Assembly: GCF_009914755.1 (NCBI RefSeq)
Contig: NC_060929.1
Source: the human T2T-CHM13v2.0 reference genome, Homo sapiens
DNA: 64,000 nt
Direction: 5' to 3' (one strand)
Part shown: one piece after another, positions 41,945 through 55,619 of the stretch
Layout: each line of letters begins with the position of its first letter
Position numbering within the stretch: the stretch's first letter is position 1
Notes under the pieces: model-generated
What the model was told of the DNA's origin: nothing
Seen by the model: only the letters and a program-made list of their open reading frames with translations
The model's database searches: none
Translations under genes and position numbers: made by a program

Positions 41945-42560
41945 TATTTTTTAACTTAATATTTTGAAATAATTTTAGACTTCCAGAAAAGTTTATTTCT
42001 GATATATACAGGACCCTAATGTGTACATTTTACATTACTATGAAGCCTTTGTCAAAACTAAGAAGGTAATACTGATAACCATTATTAACTAAACTTCAGA
42101 CTTTATTCAGGTTTCCCAAGTTTTTGTGTTTTTTGTTTTTAATCAATGTTCTTTTTCTCTTCCAAAATCCAAACAAGAGGTCACATTGATTTAGTTGTCA
42201 TGTCTCCTTAGTCTCCTCTAATATGTGACAATTTCTTAGTCTTTTCTTGTCCTTCATGATCTTGAAAAATTTTAAGGATTTTGCTTGTTTTCCAGAACAT
42301 CCCTTAGTTTGGTTAGTTTTATGCTTACTCATGATTAGATTGAGGTTATATATTTTTCAGGAATTAAACAAAAGTTATATGCTCATCTCAGAGAATCAGA
42401 TCATGAAGTACATGTCATATCACAGGTAAAATTATCTTGATAACTTGGTTAAAGCAATGTCCGCTAGGTTTTCCTCACTAAGGTCAACTGTCTTTCCCTT
42501 TGTAATAGATAAATATTTTGGTGGAGGTAATTTGAGAAACTACAACATTAATTTCTCTTC
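41945..42560 (-). mobile_element. L1MC-type 3'UTR fragment
   Basis: attttgaaataattttagactt, ccattattaactaaacttcagactttattcag, tttagttgtcatgtctccttagtctcc. Confidence 0.75.
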
Positions 42561-42930
42561 AAACATTTTTTTCTGCTTTCTCAGTTTTGTTTTGACTTTT
42601 CTAGTTTGTTTTTCTAAACATATGATAGAATCAGCTTGTTCATATCTATGGAATATCTGCAGGACTTTTATGGAGATTGAATTAAATCCCTACACCTATT
42701 TGTGGAGAAGTGTCATCTTAACAATGATGAATCTCCCAGTGTGTAAATATAGTACATCTCTCTATTTATTTAGATTTTCTATTGTTTCATTGACGCTTTG
42801 TATTAGTACACAAATGCTGTACATATTTTAGATTATACCTCAGTATTTAATTGTTTTTTGGAGCTGTTGTAAATGACATTTTTAAAGTTTTAAATAATTA
42901 TTGCTAGTTTATGTAATATAATTGATTTTT

Positions 42931-43225
42931 CCTTTTCTTTTTCTTTTTTTTTTTTTTTTGAGACATAGTCTCGTCTGTCACCCAGGTTGGAGTTCAGTGG
43001 CATGATCTTGGTTCACTGAAACCTCTGCCTCCGGGGTTCAAGTGATTCTCCTGCCTCAGCCTCCCGAGTTACATGCCTCTGCCACCATGCCCAGCTAACT
43101 TTTTTTTGTATGTTTTGTAGAGACAGGGTTTCACCATGTTAGCCAGGCTGGTCTCGAACTCCTGCCCTCAAGTGATCCTCCCGTCTTGGCCTCTGGATTA
43201 TAGGTGTGAGCCACCATGCCTGGCC
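42931..43225 (-). mobile_element. AluS with small internal deletions
   Basis: Both arms; 14-bp TSD TATAATTGATTTTT at 42917-42930 and 43226-43239. Confidence 0.95.
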
Positions 43226-43320
43226 TATAATTGATTTTTGTATATTGACTTTGTATTCCATACCCTTACTAAAATTCAATTATTAGTTGTAAATTTTTTT
43301 TTGTAAATTCGTTGAAATTT

Positions 43321-43643
43321 CTTTTGTTTTCTTTTCTTTTTTTTTTTTTTTTTTTTTTCTTGAGACAGAGTTTTGCTCTTGTTGCTCAGGCTGGAGTGCA
43401 ATGGCACAATCTCGGCTCACCGCAACCTCCACCTCCCATGTTTAAGCTATTCTTCTGCCTCAGCCTCCCGAGTAGCTGTAATTACAGGCATGTACTGCCA
43501 CGCCTGGCTAATTTTGTATTTTTAGTAGAGACAGGGTTTCTCCATGTTGGTTGGGCTGGTCTCGAACTCCTAACCTCAGGTGATCTGCCTGTCTCAGCCT
43601 CCCAAAGTACTGGGATTACAGGCATGAGCCACCATGCCTGGCT
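43321..43643 (-). mobile_element. AluSp
   Basis: Sp diagnostics (gctcttgttgc, caccgcaacc, tttctccatg); TGAAATTT on both flanks. Confidence 0.94.
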
Positions 43644-46600
43644 GAAATTTTCTATGTAGACATTAATCACGATCTGTAAATACAGATGATTTTGATTCTT
43701 GCTTTCTAATCTGTATATATTTTATTTTTGTTTTTTGGTTTAATTGAACTGCCTAGGACTTCTAGTACATGTTAACAGGGGTGCTGAAGGAAGACTCCCT
43801 TATCTTGTTCCTGAACTTAGGGGAAACCATTCAGTATTTCGTCTTGAAGTATCATATTATCTCTGTTTTGTTTTTATTTTTGTTTGTTTTTCTCCTTATA
43901 TATCCATTACAGGGTTAATGAATTTGCTTTCTATTTAAAGTTGCTGAGAGTTTATATTAGGAATGGATATTAATTTTTTCTAAATGCTTTTTCTGCGTCT
44001 TTTGAGGTAATCATGTATTTTCTTCTTTTCTGTAAAAACAAGTTGAATGGCATTAATTCCTTTTCACATGTTCAGCCAGCCTTGCATTAGGTGAAACCCC
44101 ATTTACTGAAACTGTATTATTATTTTTAGAATATATATGTGTGTATATTTTATATGTTACTAAATTTGATTTATTAATACTTGGTTGAGGAGTTTTGTGC
44201 CTATGTTCATTTCTTCTTTTTTTTTGTCTTCTGCCTTCCTTGAGGGTAACTTGAGCTTTTTTATTTTTTCTATCATTTCATTTTACTCCATTACTCGCTT
44301 ACTATTTATTCCTCATTTTAACTTTTGTGTGTATTTATGTCTGGTTGTCCTAGTGTTCAAAACAAGGATCTTCTTAAATCCAAGCCTATCTTCAAATGAA
44401 ATTATACTACTTCATGTGCAGCAGCAGAACTTAAAACATATACTTCTAATTCCTCCCACTCATTTTTTTGTGCTATGAATGTTATACTTTACGTTTACAT
44501 TTGGTCTTAACAAATTAATTTGCTAGAATTTTTGCCATCTATGATTTTTAGTGTTTTATGTGTAGCTAACTTTGTTTTAAACTTCTAATTTTAGAATAGT
44601 TTTAAATTTACATAAAAATTGTGATAACAGAGAATTCCCATAAACCCCAAACCCATTTACTCCTATTTTTATGTCTTGTATTAATATGGTATATTTTTGA
44701 CCATTAATGAGCCAATATTTGTACCTTATTAAAGTAGATTATATACTCACGTGAAGAACATGATATATTCAGTTTTTACCTGATGTTATTTTCCGACTCA
44801 GGATCCCATCTAGGATACCACATTACATTTAACTGTCATATCACCTTAGACTTCTCTTATCTGTTACCATTTCTTAGACTTACTTTGTTTTTGAAAAGCT
44901 TTACAATTTTGCAGATATTTTGAAGATAAAACAGTTGTGAAGACAGTCTTGAATTCATTTTGTAGAATGTCAGTTAGGATCTGTCTTATGTTTTTCTCAT
45001 GACCAAACTAAGGTTACTGGTTTTGGGGAGCAGGGTCACAGAGATAAATTAGCATTTCTCATATCAAACTGCCTCACCTCAAATCAAAAGCCATAATATG
45101 AACTATATTATTACTCTCAATATTAACCTTGATCACTAAATTTAGGGAGTGTTTGTCATGTTTTTCCATTTTAAAGTTACTCTTTTTTGCTCCTTTTCCG
45201 TATTCTTTGGAAGGAAGTCTCTATATGCAACACTTCAGGAGTAAAGAATTATACCTGTCCTTCTTAAGGGGATGTATTTACATATATTATTTGGAAATCT
45301 GCATGAGATATTTGTCTATTCTCCTTTATTAATTTATTTACCTATTTATTTATTCCATCGTTTATTTATATCATTCTAGATGCAGGACATTTATTTTATA
45401 TTTGGTTTATAGCCTAATATTACTATGTTTTCAACTTAGATTGTTCCAGTATTGCCATTGGAAGCTCTTCTCGTTATCTTCTGTGTCCTTTTGATAGATT
45501 CCCATCATTGTAGATTTTAAGCACTTCCTTATTTTCAGTACTAAAAGATATTCCTGGCCTATTGTGTATATGTCTTAATCCTAGAAACACCAATTTCTAC
45601 AAAGAGTGTTGATTCCTTTTACTGCATAATTTTATTAGAAACAAAAACCTGTGTGTCAGGTGTGCTTGTTGCTAGTGAGGTATCATTGCTTGGGGCCCTT
45701 TCAACTGATAGATTAAGAAAGTATATGTGAGTTACCAACCTGTATATATACACATATCTATAAATCTTTTTATGTTTAATCATATGCATATATATTAAGA
45801 TAAATATGAATTTATATCAATATCTCCAACTCTAATTCATTACCGTATAGATTATATAGACTTCCTCCTTTTGCTTATCTAACACCACAAAAGAGACTCC
45901 TGGCTCTCATCAGCCACCATCCTTTTACTTGTTTTGTCAATTCTACTCTATATGTATAGTGTTTTCAGAATTACTAGTCCATATACCCTTGAGGAAACAA
46001 CTTGATGAACTACTGTGCAGTGCTTATGTGCAATTCCTCATGCCTTTAACTTTGCAGACAGCATTCATTTTCAAAGTTACTTAGATCAGCACTGTCTTCC
46101 TCCAGTCCCTTCAGTTACATTATTTTATGTATTTGTAATTAAGTTAGATTTTTTTCATAATTTGTATTTCATCCTGAGATTGCCCAATAACCTCAGTGAT
46201 TTTTTTAAATTAGTGTAGCCTTTTCAGACTGATTTATTTTGCTTAACAATATGTGTTTAAGATTAATAAATGTCTTTGCTTGGCTTGAAAAAATCATTCT
46301 TTTTCATCTCTGAATAAGATTTTATAGCACAAGTATGACACATATGCCCAGTTTTTGGCAATTGTGTGAATATTTGTGTGCAGTTTTTTGTTTGTTTTTG
46401 CAGACCTACATTTTTAGATAGGTAAATATATAGAAACATAATTGCTAGATTGTGTGGTGAGATAATGTTTAGTTTTGTCAGAAACCACAAAACTGCTTTT
46501 CACAGTGGTGGTAACAGTCAGTTTGCAATCCCACCAACAATGGATGTGAGTTCCTGTTCTTTTTTATCCTCAACGGCAATTGGTATTTCAGATTTATGGA

Positions 46601-46808
46601 TTTTAGCAATTCTAGTGTATGTATGGTGGTAACGTTTTTATGTGTAATTTCGAATTATAAAATGACTATTTTAAGCATATTCTCACATATTTATTTGGCT
46701 TTAGAGTATCTTCTTTGATGAGTTAACTATACAGATCTTTTGCCCATTTAAAAAAATTTTGGTTAATTTGGTTTTTTACTTTTTAAGTTGACATTTTTTT
46801 TTTTTTTT

Positions 46809-46968
46809 AATTAGCTGAGTATGGTGTCACATGCCTGTAGTCCTAGCTACTTGAGTAGCTGAGGTGGGAAGATCGCTGAGGCCAGGAGCTTGAGGCTGCA
46901 GTGAGCTAGGTCATGCTAGTGAACTCCAGCCTTGGTGACAGAGCCAGACTCTGTCTCAAAAAAGAAAA
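46809..46968 (+). mobile_element. AluJ right arm or FRAM
   Basis: aattagctgagtatggtg...gaggtgggaagatcgc...gaggctgcagtgagcta...ctgtctcaaaaa. Confidence 0.85.
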
Positions 46969-47032
46969 ATTCTTTGTATATTTTGGAATGTGGTATATAT
47001 GTAGATATAGATACATGCACACACACACACAT

Positions 47033-47393
47033 ACACCATGGAATACTACTCAGCCATAAAAATAAATGAAATTGTGTCTTTTGCAGCAACGTGAATGGAA
47101 CTAGAGGCCATTAACTTAAGTGAAATAACTCAGCAACAGAAAGTGAAATTCCCCATGTTTTCACATGTCAGTGAGAGCTAAGTTATATACCAACGGACTT
47201 AGGAAGTGGAATAATAAGACACTGGAGACTTGGAAGGGTAAGGGGGATGAGGAATGAGAAATTACTTCATGAGTACAATGTACACCGTTCAGGAGATGGG
47301 TACACTAAATGCCCAGGCTTCATCGCTCTGCAATATATTCATGTAACAAAAGTTCCCTTATACCCCATACATCTATAAAAATATTTTAAAAAA
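47033..47393 (+). mobile_element. L1MA1/2-like 3' end
   Basis: atggaatactactcagccataaaa...gagaaattactt...gggtacactaaatgccca...ctataaaaata. Confidence 0.82.
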
Positions 47394-47499
47394 CATTTTT
47401 AAATGGATTGTGCTTTTGGTGCTATATCTAGAAACTTATCACCAAATCCAGCATCACAGAATTTTCTTCTCTGTTTTCTTCTAGAAGTGTTATAAGTTT

Positions 47500-47805
<306 letters not shown>

Positions 47806-48298
47806 TAAGTTTTGCATTTACATTGGAATCTGTGGTCTATTTTGAGTTAATTTTTGTGAATGGTATATGGACTAGGTTCATTGTTTCAGCACCATTTATT
47901 AAAAGTCTAGCCTTTCTCTATCAACATACATTTGCACCTCTGACAAAGTTTAGTTGACTGTAGATGTGTGGGTGTATTTCTGGCTTCTCCTATTCTTTTT
48001 CATTTGTCTATATATCTATTATTTTTTCAATACCATTCTATCTTGGTTACTGTAGTATTATAGTGAGTCCTGAAACTGAGTAGTGTGATTGCTCCAACTA
48101 TTTTCTTTCTCTGTACTGTTTTGTTTATTTGTTTTGTCTTTTGTCTTTCCATATATACTTTAGAGTCAGTTTGTTGATGTTTACATCAGCTTTCTGGAAT
48201 TTTTCATTGGAACTATTTTGAATCTATAGATCGAGTTAGAAAGAACGACAACAATATAGAATCTTCCAATTCATGAACATGGAATATCTTTCCACCAA

Positions 48299-48637
48299 TC
48301 GTCACACACCACATGACGACATTTCAGTGACAGACTGCATAACAACAGTAGTCTCATATGATTATAATAACATTTTTTCTGTACATTTTCTATGTTTAAG
48401 ATATTAGATACACACGTACTTACTGCTGTGTTACAACTGCCTTTGTTATTCTGTACAACAACACGCTGTACAGGTTTGTAGCTTAGTAACAAGAGGCTAC
48501 ACCACATAGCCTAGGTGTGTAGTAGGCTGTGCCTTATAGGTTTGTGTAAGTGTACTCCATGATATTTGCACAATGACAAAATTGCCTAACAACATATTTC
48601 TCAGAATATATCCCCATTGTTAAACTATACATGACTG
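48299..48637 (+). mobile_element. Tigger3a-like (TcMar-Tigger)
   Basis: gctgtacaggtttgtagc, tagcctaggtgtgtagtaggct, catatttctcagaa, terminal catgactg|ta. Confidence 0.88.
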
Positions 48638-49029
48638 TATTTGACTCTTCTTCAATTTCTTTCATCAGTGTTTGGTATTTTTCTGCACACAGATTCTATA
48701 CATAATTTGTTATGTTTATATCTAAATATTTAATTTTGGGGTGCTATTTTAATTGGTAGTTTTAAAAATTTTAATTTTAAATTTCATTTTTTCACTGCTG
48801 GGCTACAGAAAAGCAACTGACGTTTATATAATAACCTTACATCTTGTGACTTTGCTATATTCTCATTAAATTCAGGAACTTTTATCTAATTCTTTGGGAT
48901 TTTCTACCTAGAAAATTATATCATCTACAAATAAAGGGAGTTTTGCTTTTTCCTTTCTTATATGTATACACTTCTCTGTTTCTTGTCTTAGGGGAAAGGT
49001 GTCCAATTTCTCACTATTAAATATTGTCA

Positions 49030-49333
49030 ATCCCCAATAAAATATTTGGGTACAGAGTCTCTAATGAACTTTCCTTGTTGGCAACATTTTACACATGTTG
49101 TTATAATTCATTAATGGATTGAATTAAGCACTTCCTTGTGAATTAATTGGGAGAGGATTTGTGGAAGCTTGCACCTGACTTCCCTTAGACTTTACTCATA
49201 AGCCTTTCTCTTTGATGCTTATAGTTGGTATACTTTCATTGTAATAAACGATAACCATGAGTATGATCACATGTTGAGTCCCATGAGTTCCTTAATGAAT
49301 CATCAAACCTAAAACAGAATTTGGAGACCCCCT
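49030..49333 (+). mobile_element. MER21C-like LTR 3' part
   Basis: ccccaataaaa, gggagaggatttgtggaagcttgcacct, gtaataaacgataaccatgagtat, gaatcatcaaacct. Confidence 0.72.
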
Positions 49334-49554
49334 CTGTTTCTATTTTCTGTAAGATATCTTGAAGAACTAGTATTGTTACTAAATTAAATTCTTGGTAGAA
49401 TTTACCAGGTAAACCATCTAAGCCCAGTGTTTCCTTTTTGGAGGGTTATTAGTTATTGATTCAATTCCTACAGCAGACATAGGAGTATTCAGATTGTTAA
49501 TTTATCCTTGTGTAAATTTTGATAGATTTGTCTTTCAAAAAATTGGTTCATTTT

Positions 49555-49711
49555 ATAGCAGCATGATTTATAATCCTTTGGGTATATACCCAGTAATGGG
49601 ATGGCTGGGTCAAATGGTATTACATGGCACATGTATAATATGTAACAAACCTGCACATTGTGGACATGTACCCTAGAACTTAAAGTATAATAAAAAACTA
49701 AATTAAATTTT
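49555..49711 (+). mobile_element. Short L1PA insertion with 5' inversion
   Basis: Antisense L1 49555-49620, sense 3' end 49621-49711; TSD AAAAAA(T)TGGTTCATTTT at 49537-49554 and 49712-49728. Confidence 0.9.
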
Positions 49712-49728
49712 AAAAAATGGTTCATTTT

Positions 49729-51390
49729 CTCCTTAATTTTGGAATATATTTTTTCTCGGTGTATAATTCCGGTTTGATAGTTTAGTTTCTTTCTTTCAGT
49801 GCTTTAATAATGTCATTCCATTGTCTTCGGGCTTACCTAGGTTCTGATAAGAAGTCAGCTGTAATTACTCTTTTTCTCTGTATGTCTTTTCCTCCATCTG
49901 TCTATAAGATTTGTGTTCAGCATTATGAATATAATACTTTTAAAAAGTCATACCTCTTTGTGTTCTCTGAGTTTTTGATTCTGTGGCTCAATATTTGTCA
50001 CATTTTAGAAAATTGTCAACCATTGTTCTTCACATATTTCTGCCTTATTCTCTTTTTACCTAATGCAACTCCTAGAAAGCATATTTTAAACTATTTGTTA
50101 TTGTCTCACAGCTTCTGGGTGCTCTATTCCTTCCTCCTTCTACTCCTCCTCCTCTTTTGTCTTTTTCTCTTTGTGTTCCAGTTTAAGTATTTTTTGTTTA
50201 CCTGTCTTCAAGTTCACTGATTTTTGCACTTGGCTGTTTTGAATCTACTGATGAGGCCTAAGGCATTCTTTATCCTGTGATCGTGTTTTTCATTGTGAGC
50301 ATTTCTATTTAACTCATCCTGATGATTTCTGAATCTACTAAAATTGGCCGAAATTACTCATTTAATTTTGCATGTCGTCCACTTTTTTTCCATTAGAACC
50401 TTTAACTTAATTTTTGTTATTTTACATGTTTTATGAGATAGTTTCAATATTTGTGCCATACTTCTGTCAGGTCTGTTGATTACTTTGTCTCTTTCCAGTG
50501 TGTGCATTTTTTTTTCTTTTTCTATTCTTATGCCTTGTAGTTTTGTTGTTGTTCTTAGTGAATGCCAGACAACTTGTACAAGACAGTAGATAATGATAGT
50601 ACATAAATAGTTTTTATCTCTGATAATGGGTATGTCTTTCCTTCTGTTGGGCCTTTAGTGTGAGGAATGTATTCATTGTGAGCTGAAATTGGGTTGAGTT
50701 TGAGGTTTGTTGTTGCTATGGTTACCATCATTGTACCACAGGTTTCAAGAAACTCTAATGATACTTTATGGTAGGGTGGAAGCTTTGCCAGAGGGTGTTT
50801 CTCAATGTCTGTTGTAACCTCAGTTTTAAGTCTTACATTTGCACTTGCAACGTGGAGAGTCTGTCTCCATGTTCTTGCATCTCTCCAAGAAGTATTACAC
50901 TGTAACCTGTGATTCAGTGTTTGTAGACTGGTTGTGGGGGGATAGCAGAGTAAGTTCTCTTTTGTTCTGATTTAGTCTCAGTTTTAGGCAAACACTGTGC
51001 CCCTGGGACTCAGGGATGTGGCCTTTTCAGCATCCCTGCCTTTCTCTCAATGATGTGTCTAAGCTCAACACGTATTTCTGCCCCTGCCTCTCCCTCAGGA
51101 GTAGAAAAATTTTGCCTTTCTTTCTCACATTGCAGTATGTTGTTATAGGTGTCCTAAGATGATAATGTTTTTACCTTTTCTCCCACAGATTAAGGTTTTT
51201 GTTCCATATTGCAGATAAGGCAGAAGGATCCAGCTGAGAACCCTACTCCAATGGCTGTTCTTCCCCTCTCCCAGTCCTGTTCCTTGAAGGGATCCTTTCT
51301 CAACCCTCTCTCTCATTATTTTTGTGAGTATTCATTGAAAGACCTTGGGGAGAAAGAGTTACAAGAGAGTTCAAACTCCCCCTTCATCTT
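49729..51390 (-). mobile_element. Old L1M ORF1/5' region
   Basis: cattccattgtctt...tctgataagaagtcagctgt, acctgtcttcaagttcactgatt, gaatctactgatgag. Confidence 0.65.
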
Positions 51391-51398
51391 TAGCCTTC

Positions 51399-51788
51399 TA
51401 TTTATCCACTTAGACTACCATAAAATACCAAAAACCAGATGGCTTACAAAGCAGGGAAATGTATTTTTCACAGTTCCAGAGCTAGTAATCTAAAATCAAG
51501 GTGTCAGCAGGATTGGATTCTGGCAAGGCCTCTTTTCCTGGCCTGTCAACAGCCACCTTCTCACTGTGTCCTCCCATGGCCTGTCTACTGTGCCATGTGC
51601 AGAGAGCGAGTGCTCAGGTGTCTTTCTCTCTGTCGTATGGACATCAATTCCATTGAACCAGAGCCCTGCTCTCCTGACATCATCAAACCCTGACTACCTC
51701 CCAAAGGTCCCATTTCCAAATATCATCACATTAGAGGGTAGGGGTTCTACAAATGAATCAGAAGGGAAACACAAATCAGTCCATAATA
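51399..51788 (-). mobile_element. MLT1A-like MaLR LTR
   Basis: tcacagttccagag...aaatcaaggtgtcagcag...acctcccaaaggtccca...cagtccataata. Confidence 0.82.
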
Positions 51789-52349
51789 GGCCCCCTTGGA
51801 GCTTCACATGCTTTTGCTAGCCCATATGTTGCCCCCTTCAACTTCTTAATTATTTCTAACTCAGTTCTTATGACCGGAATTCTGCTGTTTCTATTCCAGT
51901 GAAACAGGTACTCATGTCCCATATCTCTCTGCAGATGCTTATCTCTGTTTATGTTTTGGGGTAGTGGGTAGATATCAACTCTCTGTTAGGTTTAAGAAAA
52001 GTTGTAATCTTTTAGTTTGCCTGGCTTTCTCAATTTCTTTCTCTCTTTCTTTTTTTCTTTCTTTCTCTCAGCTTTCTAGGTCTCCTAGTGGTCACCAACA
52101 TATTTTACTTTTAGGAGCCAAAGTTCAGGTATTTTTCTTCCAATGGAATAAATTAATTTTGTGGTAAACGCTTAGTCTTATTTCACAAACGGTACAGAAT
52201 ATATAGCTCAGGTCTCTGAATCAAATTAATCAAAATATAACCTACTCTCAAGCGAGTCCTAACTTATGGCAGTAATAGAGTTGTAGAAGATCCAAAACTA
52301 TTTCTTATTACACTGCCCCTATGAAATGGACATACTCTAACCAGAGCTC

Positions 52350-52543
52350 TGAGTTTATTATGTGCCCGAGGCTGTTCATGTGTTGTCTTACTTAATCCTC
52401 ATAGCAAACATTTGAAGTAGCCAACAGGAAAATGAGGCTTAGAGTGACTAAGAAATGTGCCCAGGGTTGTACATCTAGCAAATAGCATGGATAAGATATG
52501 AACCAAAGCAGCTTAACTTCAGAGCCTACACACTTAATCACTG
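52350..52543 (-). mobile_element. MIR
   Basis: ttaatcctcatagcaa...gaaaatgaggcttagag...cttcagagcc...cttaatcact. Confidence 0.75.
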
Positions 52544-53439
52544 AACTCCTCTGTCTCCTGAGAAATGGAAGTAACCTTCAAATAATCATATGCTGGTGAA
52601 TGAAAAATAAAATCCATTATCTACTTTCTGAGTTACTTGGCCACCCTTTTGGAAGGTGAATAGGGATTAGTTTTGTTGGTTTTACAAATTCATAAAAAGA
52701 GGCCTCCATGAAAGTTTTGAAATAAGTCTTTGTTCATCTGTGTGCTGGCCCAGGTAAAACAACTGTTATTGTTTTGGTGTACTTAAATAGGACATGTGTG
52801 TTGATCTAAAATATACACTTAGATTCAGTACTTAGATCTGAGCTAGTGAGCTTTTCATTGTATGGTGAATGACTTTTTCACAATTAATTGCTAATGAGAT
52901 CCTCCATTGCGTAGAAAATATTCAGAATAAAACTTCAAAATTTTAATGAGTAAAAGTGACCAACGTTTGACCTGTTTTCATAGACACATAATTGAACAAT
53001 AAGTAGCTATCCTAAAATAATCATGGACTCCAATGGGAGTGTGGTTGAAATGATAATTACTATATTACACTGATTGATTAAGGTTGTGAAAAGTTATTAG
53101 TGCGAGGGTGAAGGGTCACAAATTTACGTTGTCCTTAGTTTAATTTGAATTCTGTCAATAAAAGTGGAAATAATTGTTGTACTCATATTTTATAAAAAAT
53201 TATTCTCTCTTCCAATTAATGTCTTTGTCATTCTGTAAGCAATTAATCCAAAAATAAATTATTGCCTACAACCGTTATAGAAAACATGCCTTATAACATT
53301 TTCTAGTTTTTTTTTTCCCGAGTAAGTCTATTGACATAAACTACCACCAACTAAATGTAAAGAAATTTTAAGGGAGAGGAGAATTTTTACATAATTACTC
53401 ATTCAAACTTGATTTAAAAAGTTGGGAAGGAAGAAATTA

Positions 53440-53600
53440 ATATTTATTCATTGCTAATATGGAATGTTCTAGATATTTTGCATATTTTATTTTGCTATAA
53501 TAAAATTTGATAAGACACGTTATTTATTCCTGTTTCATAGATAAGGAAGCTAAATCTCATGAGAGGTTACAAAACTTAGCCAAATTCATGTAGATTTTAA
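53440..53600 (-). mobile_element. MIR fragment
   Basis: attcctgtttcatagataaggaagctaa...gagaggtta...cttagccaa. Confidence 0.55.
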
Positions 53601-54044
53601 AAGGGGTAGTGAAGATAGTTTTATCTGCTTTGCTTCATATTCATTCACCAGCAAAATCACAGTGTAGCCAAAATACATTTCAAAATAACTTTTAAAAATT
53701 ATTGGCCTAATTTTTTAAAACCTGGTAATATCTTCAAGGTTCCTATTTAATACGTCATCCACTGGTTATTGTATGGAGCCCAACAGGGTACAAAATTGTT
53801 CGGAAAACATATATGGGGTTAATAATTTTTCAAATGTCTCTAGTAACAGGGTGGTTACTCTGTTATCCCTTACTCTCTCGGCAAAACTATTAGCTATGTA
53901 AACATGTGACATTTATGACTGGAGGTGTTAATAAGGCCTCGTTAGAGATTTCAACCATAATTAGCAGTAATTACCCAGCAAAATATTACCAAACAGAAAA
54001 AAGAAAAAAAAAGAATAAGAGAAAAAAAATAATAAAAACACAAA

Positions 54045-54250
54045 TAGAAATAGAACCAGGCAGACTTATTTTCAAATTCTGGCTCCAACACTTACCCAGG
54101 TCATGTGATTTTGAGCAACCAGCTTAACCTCTGAGCTCACTTTTCTAAGTTGTCAAAAGGAGATAATGTCTGCCTTATGTGGTTATTGGAATATTCAGTT
54201 ATGTAAAGATTTCTAGCACAGCTCCAGCACCAAATACTCAATAGCTGTCA
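54045..54250 (+). mobile_element. MIR
   Basis: ttcaaattctggctcca...gtgattttgagcaa...cttaacctctgagctca. Confidence 0.72.
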
Positions 54251-54552
54251 GTTTCTTCTTTTCCTTCTTCTTTTTTTTCCCCTTGTGTTAATGTCTAATA
54301 ATCAGCACCATTCCTAAATTGTCCTAGAAAGTGGCCATCAGCATGGGGTTATGTTTTAAACCATATTGCTAAAAATAAACCAGGACCTGAAGGAGATGCC
54401 ACTTGATGTGGTAATAGTTGAAGCACCGATGGTGTCTTACTTTATACTAAAGTGGAAATGTAGAAATCCCTTAGGATGATGACTCTTCACGATGTTCAGG
54501 AAGCATTATTCTCCATAGAAGGAGAGAATTGTTTTATATTCTTCCTTGATAA

Positions 54553-54960
54553 TGTGTCTCATTACACCTTTCAAACATATACATTTCATTACACACTTCT
54601 ATTAAAGCATCTCATTAAAACTTTCAAATATGTACATCTCATTACATTTCCTTTAAGCATCTTTACATATTCTCCATTTGTGGATTTCATTAAAGCCTTT
54701 CCCTTGTATATCTCATTACTAAACTACTTTCATGTATGTTATTATAACCTATATTTCTCATTACGTTACTTAAACATGCACATCTCATTACACCTTTCTA
54801 TTTATGCATCTCATTACACTCCTCAAAAATGTGTATCATATTACATCTTTCTTCTCCTTTGCATATCGTTACATTTGTCCAATTAAGCATCTCATTATGC
54901 CATTTCCTTTATGCATTTTATTATATCCTTCCTTTTATCCATGCCATTACACTCCTTAAA
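54553..54960. repeat. Diverged 26-27-bp minisatellite, about 16 units, core GCATCTCATTAC
   Basis: CATTA-type cores at 54560, 54587, 54613, 54640, 54688, 54714, 54759, 54786, 54812, 54839, 54867, 54893, 54919, 54945. Confidence 0.88.
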
Positions 54961-55619
54961 CCCAAGTATCTAAGTAAACCTCTACTGTGTGCCATTGTAT
55001 ACACGTCACAGGTATGATCTTCGTTTTTCCATGTGTCACTTTTCTGGCACCCTTTGAAGATACAAATCTTGGTCTGAGGGACTGAATTGCTTTTTAAATA
55101 TACATATCTTATCACATATTTATTACATTTTAGAAAATGTCCCTTTTATACTTTAAACTATTGTTTTTTTCCTTTTCTATTAAAACCTTTCAAGAATAAG
55201 TGACTCATGCTCTCTTTAATAATGTCGAGTAATAGGTCTCACCACACCCTTCAAATAGCAACATCTCCTGTATTAGAGACCTTTGCATCCATAAGCTTTC
55301 TTATATTCTTTTCAAATATGTGCATCTCATTGCTGTCTCTTGGATATGCAGTGTTATTTACCCTTGATCAATTACATTTCTTTTCCTACCTTAAATCTCT
55401 CTGTCTTAGATGGTTGGGGTTATAGCATCTGTTCGTTATCTTCAGCCATAAATGAGATTTCTCCTGTTGTTTGTTCTTCTCGAGGTTATTACTTTTCCTC
55501 TATACAAATATCCTCTCTCCCTGAGGCAATAGATGCCTTTGGAATAAATTAAGGAGTCAAATATAGCCAAATGGTCTGTGAGTTACTTTACATAAATTCT
55601 ATTTTATTATGAGAGCATT

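Larger units (their letters stand above)
42590..44530 (-). mobile_element. Old L1M ORF2 fragments (interrupted by two Alus)
   Basis: tcatcttaacaatgatgaatc, ccttatcttgttcctgaacttagggg, ccagccttgcatt. Confidence 0.75.

Noticed and set aside
43312-43670. Alu-derived ORFs (also 8661, 11768, 17050, 22718, 47508, 61288)
   Set aside because: Standard Alu translations with no evidence of coding function
54476-54886. 136-aa His/Tyr/Leu-rich ORF
   Set aside because: Consequence of the low-G minisatellite composition; no domain or splice support
54553-54960. CRISPR-like repeat-spacer appearance
   Set aside because: Primate DNA with no cas genes; cores are only about 12 bp and the linkers are related to each other, so it is a minisatellite
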